Shown here: positions 50,080-62,715 of the stretch, one piece after another
Layout: the number at the start of each line of letters is the position of its first letter
Position numbering within the stretch: the first letter of the stretch is position 1
NCBI RefSeq assembly: GCF_001194135.2
Contig: NC_068991.1
Location: 5,853,513 to 5,917,512, forward strand
Direction of reading: 5' to 3'
Length of the DNA stretch: 64,000 bases
DNA from: Octopus bimaculoides
Lineage: Eukaryota
Notes under the pieces: model-generated
Seen by the model: the letters and a program-made list of their open reading frames with translations, nothing else
The model's database searches: none
What the model was told of the DNA's origin: nothing
Translations under genes and position numbers: made by a program

Positions 50080-50609
50080 GAGATATATTTGTGTATGTCT
50101 TTAGAGAAAAATTTGAAAATTAAAAAAAAAAAATTGGAAAAAAGAACTCAAAAAAACATTGCTTTTTTATTGTTTTGTTTATATTTTGTTGAATTTTTTT
50201 TTTTTTTACATTTCTAGATTTTGGGCATGGTACCAAAAATTCTAGGTATTTCAATTATCATCTTTAGATAACATTCTAAAGTTAAAAACCAAAAAAAATT
50301 TTAATTTTTCACATTTTTTTTTTATTATTTTTATCTGTGCTTGAACTTTTTATCACCTCTGATTTCTTTTCCTTCAGAGGATAGAAAATGTCAGAATTAA
50401 TTAGAAAAGATCAAATGCAGTCATTTTTATTTATTTTTTATTCATCTGTTTGTTTATTTTTAATTTTAAGCATTTACATTTATTAATTTTTTTTAAAAAC
50501 TCATTTAAAAACTTTAGGAGAAAGTTATCTCCCTTAGAATACGTTATAACATTTTTGCTTCATTTCTCAAATTTTCAATTTGGGAAGAAAAAAACTCTAA
50601 TTAAAACAA

Positions 50610-50615
50610 AATAAA
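50610..50615 (+). terminator. Candidate polyadenylation signal AATAAA for ZIP9
   Basis: First canonical AATAAA seen after the stop codon (about 530 nt downstream). The region is AT-rich and lacks a clear GU-rich element right after it, so this is weak. Confidence 0.3.
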
Positions 50616-53600
50616 CAAACAAAAACTCTTGATAAATCCAGATTTATACCATAATATAACATATACATACATATATATAGACACAGACAAGTGTGCTGTA
50701 CTATAAAATGTTCTTTTGAAATTTCTCTTCACTAAAATCAATGGTTTATTGCGTTATAAAAGACAACTTTTTGTTTAATTCTGCTGTTGTGGTTTTTAAA
50801 TGGACGAGTTTATTTGACAGATCAGATTGTCGAATATATTGATTGATTGAATGATTCTCTTGTGAATGATATGCTGAGCTTATTGGTTGGTGCAAGTGTA
50901 GCTGTGTGGTGAGAAGTTTGCTTCCTAACCGTATAGTCCCAGGTTCAGTCCCATTTCATAGAAGCTTGGGTGTCTTCTATAGCCCAGTTTTGGTAGATGG
51001 AAACTGAATGAAGCCTCTGTTATATGTGTGTGTGTGAGAGAGACAGAGAGTTGTTGTCTCCTTGTCTTGGCATCATTTGATTACTGTAAACAAGTAGAAT
51101 AAGTGCAAGGCTTACAAAGAATAAGTCCTGGGGTTGATTTGCTCGACTAAAGGTGGTGCTCCAGCATGGCTGCAGTCAAATGACTGAAACATTTATTGCA
51201 AACTGGCTTATCTCACGAAAGAAGTAATCTTTTTAGATAATGTGGTGTGTAACACAAATGATTGGATAAGGCTGGGATCTGATAGGAAGGATAAAATATA
51301 GGTGACTGGAGGAGGAGAAAGAGAGAAGAGTGTTTCCCAAGTGCCTGAGTGAGGTGGCACGAGACCAGCCACTTTTGAGAAGCAGAAACTACTGGAGTTT
51401 GTGCAAAGAAGACAGTGAGATGGGGTATCATCATCATTGTTGTTTAACATCCGCTTTCCATGCTGGCATGGGTTGGACTGTTTGACTGAGGACTAGCAAG
51501 CCAGTGGGCTGCACCAGGCTCCAGTTTGATCTGGCAATATGTCTACAGCCGGATGCCCTTCCTAACGCCAACCACTCCAAGGGTGTAGTGGGTGCCAGTC
51601 AGTGGGCACTGGTATGTAAACTTTTATTTGTTGCAGTCATTGGACTATGGTGATGCTGCAGCATGGTCTTTCAATGTTAGTCAAACAGTTTGATCCCACC
51701 ACCACCACCCAGTTCTTATTTCAAGTCTTGCACTTATTTTGTTGTACATGTGTAACACACACACACACAGAGTTTCACTCACAAAGCATTGATCATCCTG
51801 GGGCTATTATAGAAGACACTCAAGGTTCCATGGGGTTGGCAAGCAAACTCCTTAGCCACACAGCCATGCCTGCACCTTAGGCAATGCTTTTCTGAAGGAA
51901 CCACTTTTGGGCCTACTGTATAACCTTGTATAATCTTGGGGGTCTAATGGAGGGAGTGGCAAACTCCAGGGGTGCGGCACACACTCTGGCTGCACCACTG
52001 TGGAACCAGAACGTAAAGGGATGTTTGAAAAATATGGATTGACAGATATTGACATATTATATTAACACTCTTTTTATTGTCCATCTGTTGCCAAACGCAG
52101 ACGTCCTGCTGTCCAGTGGTTTTATGACTCAAAGTAATTAAACGTTTTTTTGTTTTTTTTCCAAAGATTGTGAAGTACAGGTTTGAATTTAGAAAGAGAA
52201 AAAGAGAAAATAAGAAGTTTCAAATTGTAACATGTATAAAAGAGACATTTACGTAAGCATATTGTAGAAAACACACACACACACACACACACATGCACAT
52301 GCACACATACAAATATGTAAATCAGTGTTGTAGAAATAGTGTTGTTCATATATTCTTATATGAATATTCATTTTGTGTGTCCTACATACTAGCAACAGAT
52401 GATCAGCATCGTTTAACGTCCATTTTCTATGCTTGCATGGGTTGGACGGTTTAACCAGAGAGAGACACACAGACACAGGGAGGCATGTATATACATACAA
52501 CATGCTTACGTACAGGAATAACCACTCACACACACACACACATAACACAGCACAGACACCCACATTAATTACTCACAAGGCACACTCACACATATAAACG
52601 TCGAAATAGCAAGAGAGAGAGAGACTAACGGATATATTAACTGCTATTACACTTCCTGTGTGGAAAGATTATCTCCCGTAGTTAAAATCTTAGTTGCCTC
52701 CCTTGATTGATTTCGCGTGGCAGTTGCCGAGTAATGATATCGTTAGCAAGTTTCCAATGGCCCAATCATTGATTTACTGCATTTCTGAGCGTACTACACC
52801 GGAGTATCAGTAATTAAGTATATCTCGTGTAATTTGGTTCCTGAAGGACCGGCTTTGCACTTTTCTGATCGATTTTAAAGTTCATCGCTGGAAAATAAAC
52901 CCCACGCATATCTACCTATCTATATATCTACCTGTCTATCTATATATCTATCTACCTACCTATCTGTTAGTCTGTCTGTCTATGTATCTGTTTGGTTTAT
53001 CTGTCTGGCTTTCTCTCAGTCTATCCGTCCATCCATTCATACGTCTATATGATTCTCATAGTCTTTGTGTTGTCCTAAGTAAACATGGCTGAATAACAAG
53101 TGGAGATGCATTTGTAAGTTGGACGCAGAATGCGATGTGAACCTTGTGGAATTATATATATATGTGTGTGTGTGTGTGTATGTGTGTGTTTACTCTCTGC
53201 CATGTGAACTTTTGCTCCGGTGGTTAAATTAACTATTGATTGAGAATCGCAGCTTTAAAGAATAAATAACCCAGAACGCCATCTGCCTAAAAACAAAATA
53301 GTTGAGCTAGCGTTAACATAATCCTTTCTACCAGAGGCACAAGGCCTCATATTATGGGGGAGAGGACTTGTCGATTACATCGTCTCCAGTATTTCACTGG
53401 TACTTAATTTATCGCCCCCGAAAGAATGAAAGGCAAAGTCGACCTCGGCGGAATTTGAACTCAGAACGTTGCGGCAACGATTCTGCCAGCTCACCGCCTT
53501 AGTGTTAACATAATAAAGAGACCATTAGAAAAATTAACATGAAATAATTCTATTGCGAGGAAAAATAGTATTAGACAATGACTACTGGATCGAAAGTATC

Positions 53601-54359
53601 GCTGGAGCGGAGGGTAACATGTCCAACAGTATCTAAGAACGGTCTGAGTTCGAATCATAAAGGTGTTGGTTTTGCCTTTCATCTTTCCGTGGTCAATAAA
53701 TTAGTATACCAGCCAAAAACTGGCATAGATCTAATTAACTATTCTCTTCTCCAGATCTATAGCGTTATCACATAAATGTTAAAAACCAATTTTATTTTTA
53801 ATATTTCGGCAAATACGGGAGGCAACTCAGGACAGAATTGGTATTTTTCTGAGTTCATCACTGGAATTTAGACTTCAGAGCAATTGCCAATGTAATGATA
53901 TGAGAATCACTAATTAACTTAACAAAATTGTGACATTGTTAAGACAGAAAATAAGCAATATTATGGGTCATAATTTTGTGTCTTTATATCCAGGAGCAAT
54001 ACACAGTTACTTAGATGCACCTCGCTGATTAACTGACGAAACGATTAATCAAATTAATTGGTCAAATTGTTAACCAATGGACAGTTAAAAAACAAAATAG
54101 AAGTGAATCTGAACCAGTGCATGTGTTTATTATTGGTTCACATCAAGAATCTTGCAAACCAAATACAAAACTGAAACTTGTGTGTGTGTGTACGCGCGCG
54201 CGTGCGTACGAACCAACATGTAATTTAATAAGCAAGAATTACTGGAATGAAGTTATGTTAATGATGATGTCGTTATCACTAGATTTCAAATTTATTACCC
54301 ATACGTCAGCACTTCTTTCATTGGTGCTATCTATTATGTTAATCTTTACTTTGGGCATA

Positions 54360-54370
54360 TTATACATCCG

Positions 54371-54439
<69 letters not shown>

Positions 54440-54462
54440 CTTTTATAATTAATACACTGTTG

Positions 54463-54544
<82 letters not shown>

Positions 54545-54550
54545 CTCTTC
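54360..54550 (+). repeat. Microsatellite block (TACA)n-(TA)n-(CT)n-(CTTT)n
   Basis: Direct inspection. Confidence 0.9.
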
Positions 54551-56180
54551 TCTCTGGTATCGTAGTGTGTAATGAAATGCGTTCTTGTTGTAAATGCATG
54601 TTCAGTCGACGAGAAAGTGCTGTAGTTGTAGTTGAATGACCAACATTATAACTTGAGTCACTACGTTTATGATTTCCATGTCTGTGTATATCTTTACAGT
54701 CTACATTTTTATTATATACAGATTACATGCTTTGCAGATAACTTTGTGGAATATATGTAGATCACATTTTTTGTTTGCACAAAAGCTTATAGATTGCACG
54801 TAGATTACATGCTAGCACATATATTTCTGTATGATACTTTGAATACGTCTGTAGTTAACTATATAGATTGCCTCCAGATTATGTAAGTATGTATATATGT
54901 ATGTATGTACGTATGTATGTATTTATGCAAGTATGCATGTATGTATTATGTATCTCTTCAAGTATGTATGTATGTATGTATGTATGTATGAAAAATAAAC
55001 ACCAGAGTCGATTTATTCGACTAAAACCCTTCATGATGGTATCCCGGCATGGCTGCAGTCCAATGATCGAAGCATGTAAAAGAAAAGCTTTAAGAAGGTA
55101 AAAAAACGATTTGTTGTTTTGAAACGGAAGTCTGTGTCACGCAGAAAAAACCTTTCAAATACAGGGTGAAAAGGTTATTCAAATGAATGAAATGATGGCT
55201 TTTGATTATCATTAGTACATCGCTGGAACCAGTTTTGATGATTTCAATAGATGTCTTGTGGTTTCTGAAGATATTGGCATTCTTTTATTTATTTATGTTC
55301 NNNNNNNNNNNNNNNNNNNNNNNNNNNNNNNNNNNNNNNNNNNNNNNNNNNNNNNNNNNNNNNNNNNNNNNNNNNNNNNNNNNNNNNNNNNNNNNNNNNN
55401 NNNNNNNNNNNNNNNNNNNNNNNNNNNNNNNNNNNNNNNNNNNNNNNNNNNNNNNNNNNNNNNNNNNNNNNNNNNNNNNNNNNNNNNNNNNNNNNNNNNN
55501 NNNNNNNNNNNNNNNNNNNNNNNNNNNNNNNNNNNNNNNNNNNNNNNNNNNNNNNNNNNNNNNNNNNNNNNNNNNNNNNNNNNNNNNNNNNNNNNNNNNN
55601 NNNNNNNNNNNNNNNNNNNNNNNNNNNNNNNNNNNNNNNNNNNNNNNNNNNNNNNNNNNNNNNNNNNNNNNNNNNNNNNNNNNNNNNNNNNNNNNNNNNN
55701 NNNNNNNNNNNNNNNNNNNNNNNNNNNNNNNNNNNNNNNNNNNNNNNNNNNNNNNNNNNNNNNNNNNNNNNNNNNNNNNNNNNNNNNNNNNNNNNNNNNN
55801 NNNNNNNNNNNNNNNNNNNNNNNNNNNNNNNNNNNNNNNNNNNNNNNNNNNNNNNNNNNNNNNNNNNNNNNNNNNNNNNNNNNNNNNNNNNNNNNNNNNN
55901 NNNNNNNNNNNNNNNNNNNNNNNNNNNNNNNNNNNNNNNNNNNNNNNNNNNNNNNNNNNNNNNNNNNNNNNNNNNNNNNNNNNNNNNNNNNNNNNNNNNN
56001 NNNNNNNNNNNNNNNNNNNNNNNNNNNNNNNNNNNNNNNNNNNNNNNNNNNNNNNNNNNNNNNNNNNNNNNNNNNNNNNNNNNNNNNNNNNNNNNNNNNN
56101 NNNNNNNNNNNNNNNNNNNNNNNNNNNNNNNNNNNNNNNNNNNNNNNNNNNNNNNNNNNNNNNNNNNNNNNNNNNNNNNN

Positions 56181-56690
56181 CCCAAAGGCATCATCGAAAA
56201 TGGTAATGCAAAGATCCTGTCGGATTTTATGATTCAGTGCAACCATGAGATAGAGAATAGGAAGCCAGACATAATCTTAATTGAGAAAGAAAATAAACTA
56301 TGCTGGATCATAGATATAGCATGCCCAGCTGACAGCAAGGTATGCGATAAGGAAGAAAGAAAAGTCGATAGATATGACAGGTTAGCTTAGGAGGTTAAGC
56401 AGTTGTGGTCGATGAAAAAGGTGGTAGTAGTACCAATAATTGTCGGAGCCCTGGGAACAGTGAGTAAAAATCTTGAGAAGTATATGGAACAAATACGGGT
56501 TGCAATAAAGGTGGAGCACTTGTAGAAAACAGCACTGCTTGGAACCTCTCGAATACTCCATAAGGGGCTCGAAAAATAAGAGGTGTTACTTTAGTTCACT
56601 GGTAGTGAACAGCTGACAATGTAGTACATCTCCAGCATTAGAAGCTGTGCAAAGGCAATAATAATAATAATAATAATAATAATATTTTCT
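56181..56690 (+). pseudogene. R4/Dong-clade LINE 3' end: restriction-like endonuclease domain (56181..56579, two in-frame stops), 3' UTR and (AAT)n tail
   Basis: KILSDFMIQCNHEIENRKPDIILIEKENKLCWIIDIAC..KVDRYDRL*..LWSMKKVVVVPIIVGALG..KTALLGTSRIL is the PD-(D/E)xK-type RLE; not in the ORF track. Confidence 0.88.
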
Positions 56691-57060
56691 ACTAAAGGCA
56701 CAAGGCCTGAAATTTTGGGGGAGAGGACTGGATAATTACAATCCACCTCGGCAGAATTTGAACTTAGAACTTTAAAACGGATGAAATGCTACTAAGCATT
56801 TTGTTCGGCGTGCTAACGACTCTGCCAACTCGCCACTTTAATAATATTAATGGTTTTCAAATTTTGGCACAAGGCCAGTAATTTTGAGGGAATGGATGCA
56901 AATCTCACTACTTGACAGGCGGTTTATTTTATCGACCTCAAAAGGAGAAAACGCAAAGTCGACCTCGACAGGATTTGAACCCGGACCATAAGGATCTGCA
57001 AGTAATACCGCACAGGTAATTTTGTTGGACGCTCTACCAGTTCAGCCAGTTCCCTGTCTT
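56680..57060 (-). mobile_element. Two degenerate SINE-B copies
   Basis: Family B body and tail on the minus strand; further copies near 7485, 43822, 48955, 53325, 58265, 58700, 60105, 60870 and 63690. Confidence 0.7.
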
Positions 57061-59893
57061 AGTTGTGTTTGGAAATATTATACACTTTTAAAGAAACACT
57101 GTCGCCGTTGTATACAAATCTTTTGATATTCTAATCGTAAATCTTACATAACTGTACCATGTGGTTTGCTGGTAATTTATAGCATACTAACAAACCGACA
57201 CGACCACCACCACCACCATCACCAGCAAACCAACATTACTAGTTCCACCATATATATANNNNNNNNNNNNNNNNNNNNNNNNNNNNNNNNNNNNNNNNNN
57301 NNNNNNNNNNNNNNNNNNNNNNNNNNNNNNNNNNNNNNNNNNNNNNNNNNNNNNNNNNNNNNNNNNNNNNNNNNNNNNNNNNNNNNNNNNNNNNNNNNNN
57401 NNNNNNNNNNNNNNNNNNNNNNNNNNNNNNNNNNNNNNNNNNNNNNNNNNNNNNNNNNNNNNNNNNNNNNNNNNNNNNNNNNNNNNNNNNNNNNNNNNNN
57501 NNNNNNNNNNNNNNNNNNNNNNNNNNNNNNNNNNNNNNNNNNNNNNNNNNNNNNNNNNNNNNNNNNNNNNNNNNNNNNNNNNNNNNNNNNNNNNNNNNNN
57601 NNNNNNNNNNNNNNNNNNNNNNNNNNNNNNNNNNNNNNNNNNNNNNNNNNNNNNNNNNNNNNNNNNNNNNNNNNNNNNNNNNNNNNNNNNNNNNNNNNNN
57701 NNNNNNNNNNNNNNNNNNNNNNNNNNNNNNNNNNNNNNNNNNNNNNNNNNNNNNNNNNNNNNNNNNNNNNNNNNNNNNNNNNNNNNNNNNNNNNNNNNNN
57801 NNNNNNNNNNNNNNNNNNNNNNNNNNNNNNNNNNNNNNNNNNNNNNNNNNNNNNNNNNNNNNNNNNNNNNNNNNNNNNNNNNNNNNNNNNNNNNNNNNNN
57901 NNNNNNNNNNNNNNNNNNNNNNNNNNNNNNNNNNNNNNNNNNNNNNNNNNNNNNNNNNNNNNNNNNNNNNNNNNNNNNNNNNNNNNNNNNNNNNNNNNNN
58001 NNNNNNNNNNNNNNNNNNNNNNNNNNNNNNNNNNNNNNNNNNNNNNNNNNNNNNNNNNNNNNNNNNNNNNNNNNNNNNNNNNNNNNNNNNNNNNNNNNNN
58101 NNNNNNNNNCTGGCTCGATATAATCGACTCATTCCCTCCCCACAAATTGCTACCCTTGTGGAAAAATTTGAAGCCATTGTTTTTATTATTTTTCTCTTTA
58201 TCACAGGTTTTGTTGGAACTCCTGGAGCGGGTTTACCACCTGCAGCCTACGGTACCATGCTATTCGTTGCAACTGGTACTTAATTTATCAACCCCGAAAG
58301 GATGAAAGGCAAAATCGATCTCGGTGAAATTCGAACTCAGAACATAAAGACAGACAAAATATCACTAAGCATTTCGCCCGGCGTGCTAACGTTTCTGCCA
58401 GCTCGCTGCCTTAGAGTTCATGTTAAAAGGAAATAGGAAAGTATACTGGCCAAATGCGGGTAATAAGCTATGAAATTCTTATATTCTCTCGATTTCCTGT
58501 AATTCAAACCGCTTCATGGTCGCCAAAAGACAAAACAGAAAAGGTGTCGCCCTGGAAGATGGTGAAGGTGTAATCGACTAGACCCCTCTCCCTAAATTTC
58601 AGGCCTTGTGCCAATAGTAGAAAAGATTATCTAAAACACTTTAATTCGGCTCTATGTGACTTTAAGTTTCATAGGCTGTTTCAAATAATAATTATTATTA
58701 TTATTTCTACTATAGGCCTTTGCGGAGGAAGGGGACTAGTCGATTACATCGACCCTGCAAGGATGAAAGGCAAAGTCGACCTCGGTGGAATTTGAACTCA
58801 GAACATAGCGATGGGCGAAATACCGCTAAGCGCTTTAAAAACTCCATTCTCATTTTCTCATTCAGCAGCCATGCAGATAGAAAGTACAGATTCACCGCCA
58901 TGAATTTAGTGCGATGTTTCCCAGGTTGCAACGGCCTACTTACAGATCGATACATACCAGCTATTTTGTCGTTGACCCCAGAGTCTGTTTCTCCCGATGT
59001 GTATAAAGTGTCGTTATTCTTCATCTAAAGACCAATACAAAAAAAAAACACTATGATCAGCAAAATAAAGCTTCTATCAATTGTTGGTGTGTGTGTTGTT
59101 TATCATTTTACACACAACCAGCAAACCAGCAAACAAGTAAACACTACCACGTGACAATGGTAACCAAATCAAAAGAAACCGGAGAAGAAGGCATTTCCCA
59201 AACAGTAGCACTTTTCAGAATATGATAGCTATTGTTTATATTTTATGTATATTGGGTGTTAATATAACATTTTGTATTGGTGACACAGTCATTTACGATA
59301 TCTGCAATATCTAGAACAGACAACAAAGCAATTACATAGATGTTGTATATAATGTAATGCATTCTTTATGAAATAGAATGATCGGATTGTAGCAATTCCT
59401 CTTTGCCGTTTGCGAGAATGCGGTTAACATTGTATGAAAGATAGTTACAGAAATGTTATCTGGCCCTTTTGGCCCCTTGCCCAGAGGATCTCTGCCAAAT
59501 TGGTAGAATCATCTTATACAGCTCCCTAGATAAGATGAATCTGTAAACAGTATTTCTGTGGAGAAAGTTTCCATGTTTTCTTTCAAATTCACAATACGTA
59601 AGCATTATGAAGTTGAAAATATTTTCCAGTTCTAATCCAACAGTTTCACCACCATGTATACAAACATGTGTACACCATGTATACAAACATGTATACACCA
59701 TGTATACAAACATGCTAAGCAAGGAAACCTGATTTTTTACTCACTTTTTTCTATATCAAAGACGACAAATTTTCTTCCGACCATTTGATTGGCTGTGAAT
59801 ATGCGTCATTGAAAAAGCCCAAAATGGCCGAAATACATCGAGTTTTCTCTCTCTACAGTGAAAGCCTATCTTAATCTTTTGAAAGACGCATTA

Positions 59894-60105
59894 CAGTAAT
59901 CCCTCAACTATCGCAGGTGCTACATTCCAAAAACCCCAGCTGATAGGTGAGAATCCACGAAGCAGACACAGCACTGTACTGTATTTTGTTTGTATTTTTA
60001 TAATTTGTATATATTTATTTTATCATAAACGCAAAACAACACCATGGAGGAATCAACGTAAGCTTAAATAATAAACCGCGATAGGTGAACCGCGATAGGT
60101 GAACC
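59894..60105 (+). mobile_element. pogo/Tigger-like MITE fragment
   Basis: TA|CAGTAATCCCTCAACTATCGC terminus and repeated ccgcgataggtgaa subterminal motifs; right TIR missing. Confidence 0.45.
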
Positions 60106-61304
60106 ACATTTCGTCCAGTCTTTACGTTCTGAGTTCAAATTCCGCAGATGTCGACTTTGCCTTTTATCCTTTCAGAGTTGATAAAATAAGTATCAGTTAA
60201 GTACTGGGGTCGATGTAATCGATTCACCTCTCCACCACCGCCGAATTGCACCTTGTATTAAAATTTGAAACCAATATTTTTCGTGTTAATTCGAATAATA
60301 TTCGAAACAAAAGTTATCTAACAATCCAATAAAAAGTGAAAGAAACAAAACAAAAGAAAAAGAAAAGAAACACGAACTACTAAATAGTGGACTAATTTAT
60401 TATTCCCGTTGCGTCTTGGGAGGGTCATAACGCCAATAAAAATAAACACACGCACTGGTTCAATATCACTTCTTTATCATAAGTCAATCGGTTAAATATC
60501 AAACAAACTAACTAATCAATCGATTGTTTAATATGCTGGTTAAGCAATCAATCGGTTGTTTAACAGAATTTGTTTCAACACACCAATTCACATCAAGAAT
60601 CTGACAAAAGAAATACAAAAACAAAATAATTTATTAGAGTGGTTCCAGCAAATATTGTCGAAATCCTTGGCCTACAATCATAATTCAGTAGCAGACATTT
60701 CTTAACGGGTGGCAACGGTAGATCAGAAGAAAGGTGCCAGCTGCTATTTCTGCACAAGCTGACTCTAATTTACCTTCAATCAGTTATATATTAGAAGCAG
60801 ACAGGTGCAACAAAGGTATTTTATGTGCAAATCTCTAAGTACTTATTATTAGAGGTGGTGGGGTGGTGGTATTTCGCCCATCGTTACGTTCTGAGTTCAA
60901 ATTCCGCCAAGGTCGACTTTGCCTTTTATCCTTTCGAGGTCGATAAATTAAATACCAGTTGATGTAATCGACTGTCCCCCTCCTCAAAAATGTCAGGCCT
61001 TGTGCTTAGAGTAGAAAAGACTATTTGCCTTTGTCTTGTTATTCTTTCTCACATCTCATTACAAAATAATAGCGTTTTGCACAAACGTCTGCCTGTACGT
61101 GTGCATCTATGGTTTTATATACACACACATATATATACATGCATACATATACAAACATACATATATATATATATATATATATACACGCACACATACGTAA
61201 GCATTCATACATATATAATATATATTCATANNNNNNNNNNNNNNNNNNNNNNNNNNNNNNNNNNNNNNNNNNNNNNNNNNNNNNNNNNNNNNNNNNNNNN
61301 NNNN

Positions 61305-61335
<31 letters not shown>

Positions 61336-62369
61336 TATATACACACACACACATACACGTGTGTATGTGTGTGTCAAAGTTTCATCAGTCAGGTTAGTGA
61401 GTCTATGAATGCGAATTTCTCAGCATGTCACTCTGACTGACATGCGCACGCGCAATCACAACACTCACACATCGTGTGTGTGTGTGTGTGTGTATGTCTG
61501 TGTATATATGAGTATACATACTTAATATATGTGCGCACGCGTAAATGCAGACAGGGAAGTAATATCTTAACAGTTGTTGTTGTTGTTGTAATTGTTATTT
61601 TAACCTATTTTAGATCAAGTTGTTGCTGTTGATGCCATTACAGCAGCTAACATTAAAGGAAAGAAAAGAAAAGGAATAATTAAAAAAACAACAACAGACA
61701 AAGAAAAAGACAAATCGAGTAAAGAGTTTGTTTTTCTTGACTTAAAGAACGCGAAAGTTCGCAAAAGACAACACTGCAACTCATAGGAAAAAGCATAAAT
61801 AATTCAGGGACGCCATCAGCATAAAAACAGAATAACTATTCGCGACAAAAACAGAATCAATACCAAAAGCAATCTTTATACACAACATAATGAGGATGTC
61901 TTTGTTTGAGCACTGAATATTACGTTATTTAGCTTGAGAGAACCTTCCATATGGACGCGTGGTGCATAAAAGCATACACTCACACACACACACACATCGC
62001 TTGGAGGCGGGAATAGTCTGCTTTGTGCGCTGGAACCGCCAGATGAAGAGATTTCGACGTATTGCGTCTCTTCTGGCAGCGAGATTTGGCTGGTATGCAG
62101 CGAGCGGAGTTCTGTTACTGAAGAGATGCAATGCGTCGAAATCACGTGTCAACAATTCTGCCAGCTCACCGCCTTAATTACAATAATAATAACGATTTTT
62201 GATTTAGACACAATCTTAAAGGAAGGTGATTAGTCGGGATCGTGGGCCCTCGTCCTTGACTGGTGCTATATTTTATAAATCCAGAAAAAATGAAAGGTGA
62301 AGTTGACCTCAGCGTAATTTGAACCCAGAATATAAAGATCCGGGACAAATACCATTCTTTTATTCGCTT

Positions 62370-62532
62370 ATTCTTTTACTTGTTTCAGTCATTTGACTGC
62401 GGCCATGCTGGAGCACCATCTTTTAGTCAAGCAACTCGACTCCAGGACTTATTCTTTGTAACCCTGGTACTTATTTAAATTGTCTCTTTTTGCCGAACCG
62501 CTAGGTGACGGGGACGTAATAATAATAATAAT

Positions 62533-62588
<56 letters not shown>

Positions 62589-62715
62589 GACGGGCTTATT
62601 TCAGTTTCCGTCTACCAAATCCACTCACAAGGCTGTGGTCGGCCTGAAGCTGTACTAGAAGACATTTGCCCAAGGTGTCATGCAGTGGGACTGAACTTGG
62701 AACCATATGGTTGGA
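62370..62715 (-). mobile_element. SINE family A near full-length copy with internal (AAT)n(TA)n
   Basis: Reverse complement of the 34510..34965 consensus. Confidence 0.8.

Noticed and set aside
56579-56840. Idea that SINE-B is mobilised by the Dong element because they share an (AAT)n tract
   Set aside because: The two elements are tail-to-tail on opposite strands, their sense tails differ (AAT vs ATT), and their 3' ends show no visible similarity.
59456-59722. 88-aa minus ORF as an exon of a downstream gene
   Set aside because: It starts in a short tandem repeat (ccatgtatacaaacatg), and no splice combination I tried gave a continuous frame.
2190-61408. Long ORFs containing runs of X (e.g. 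33335..34130, 37602..38664, 55202..56246, 57166..58305)
   Set aside because: They are artefacts of reading through N-gaps, which contain no stop codons.
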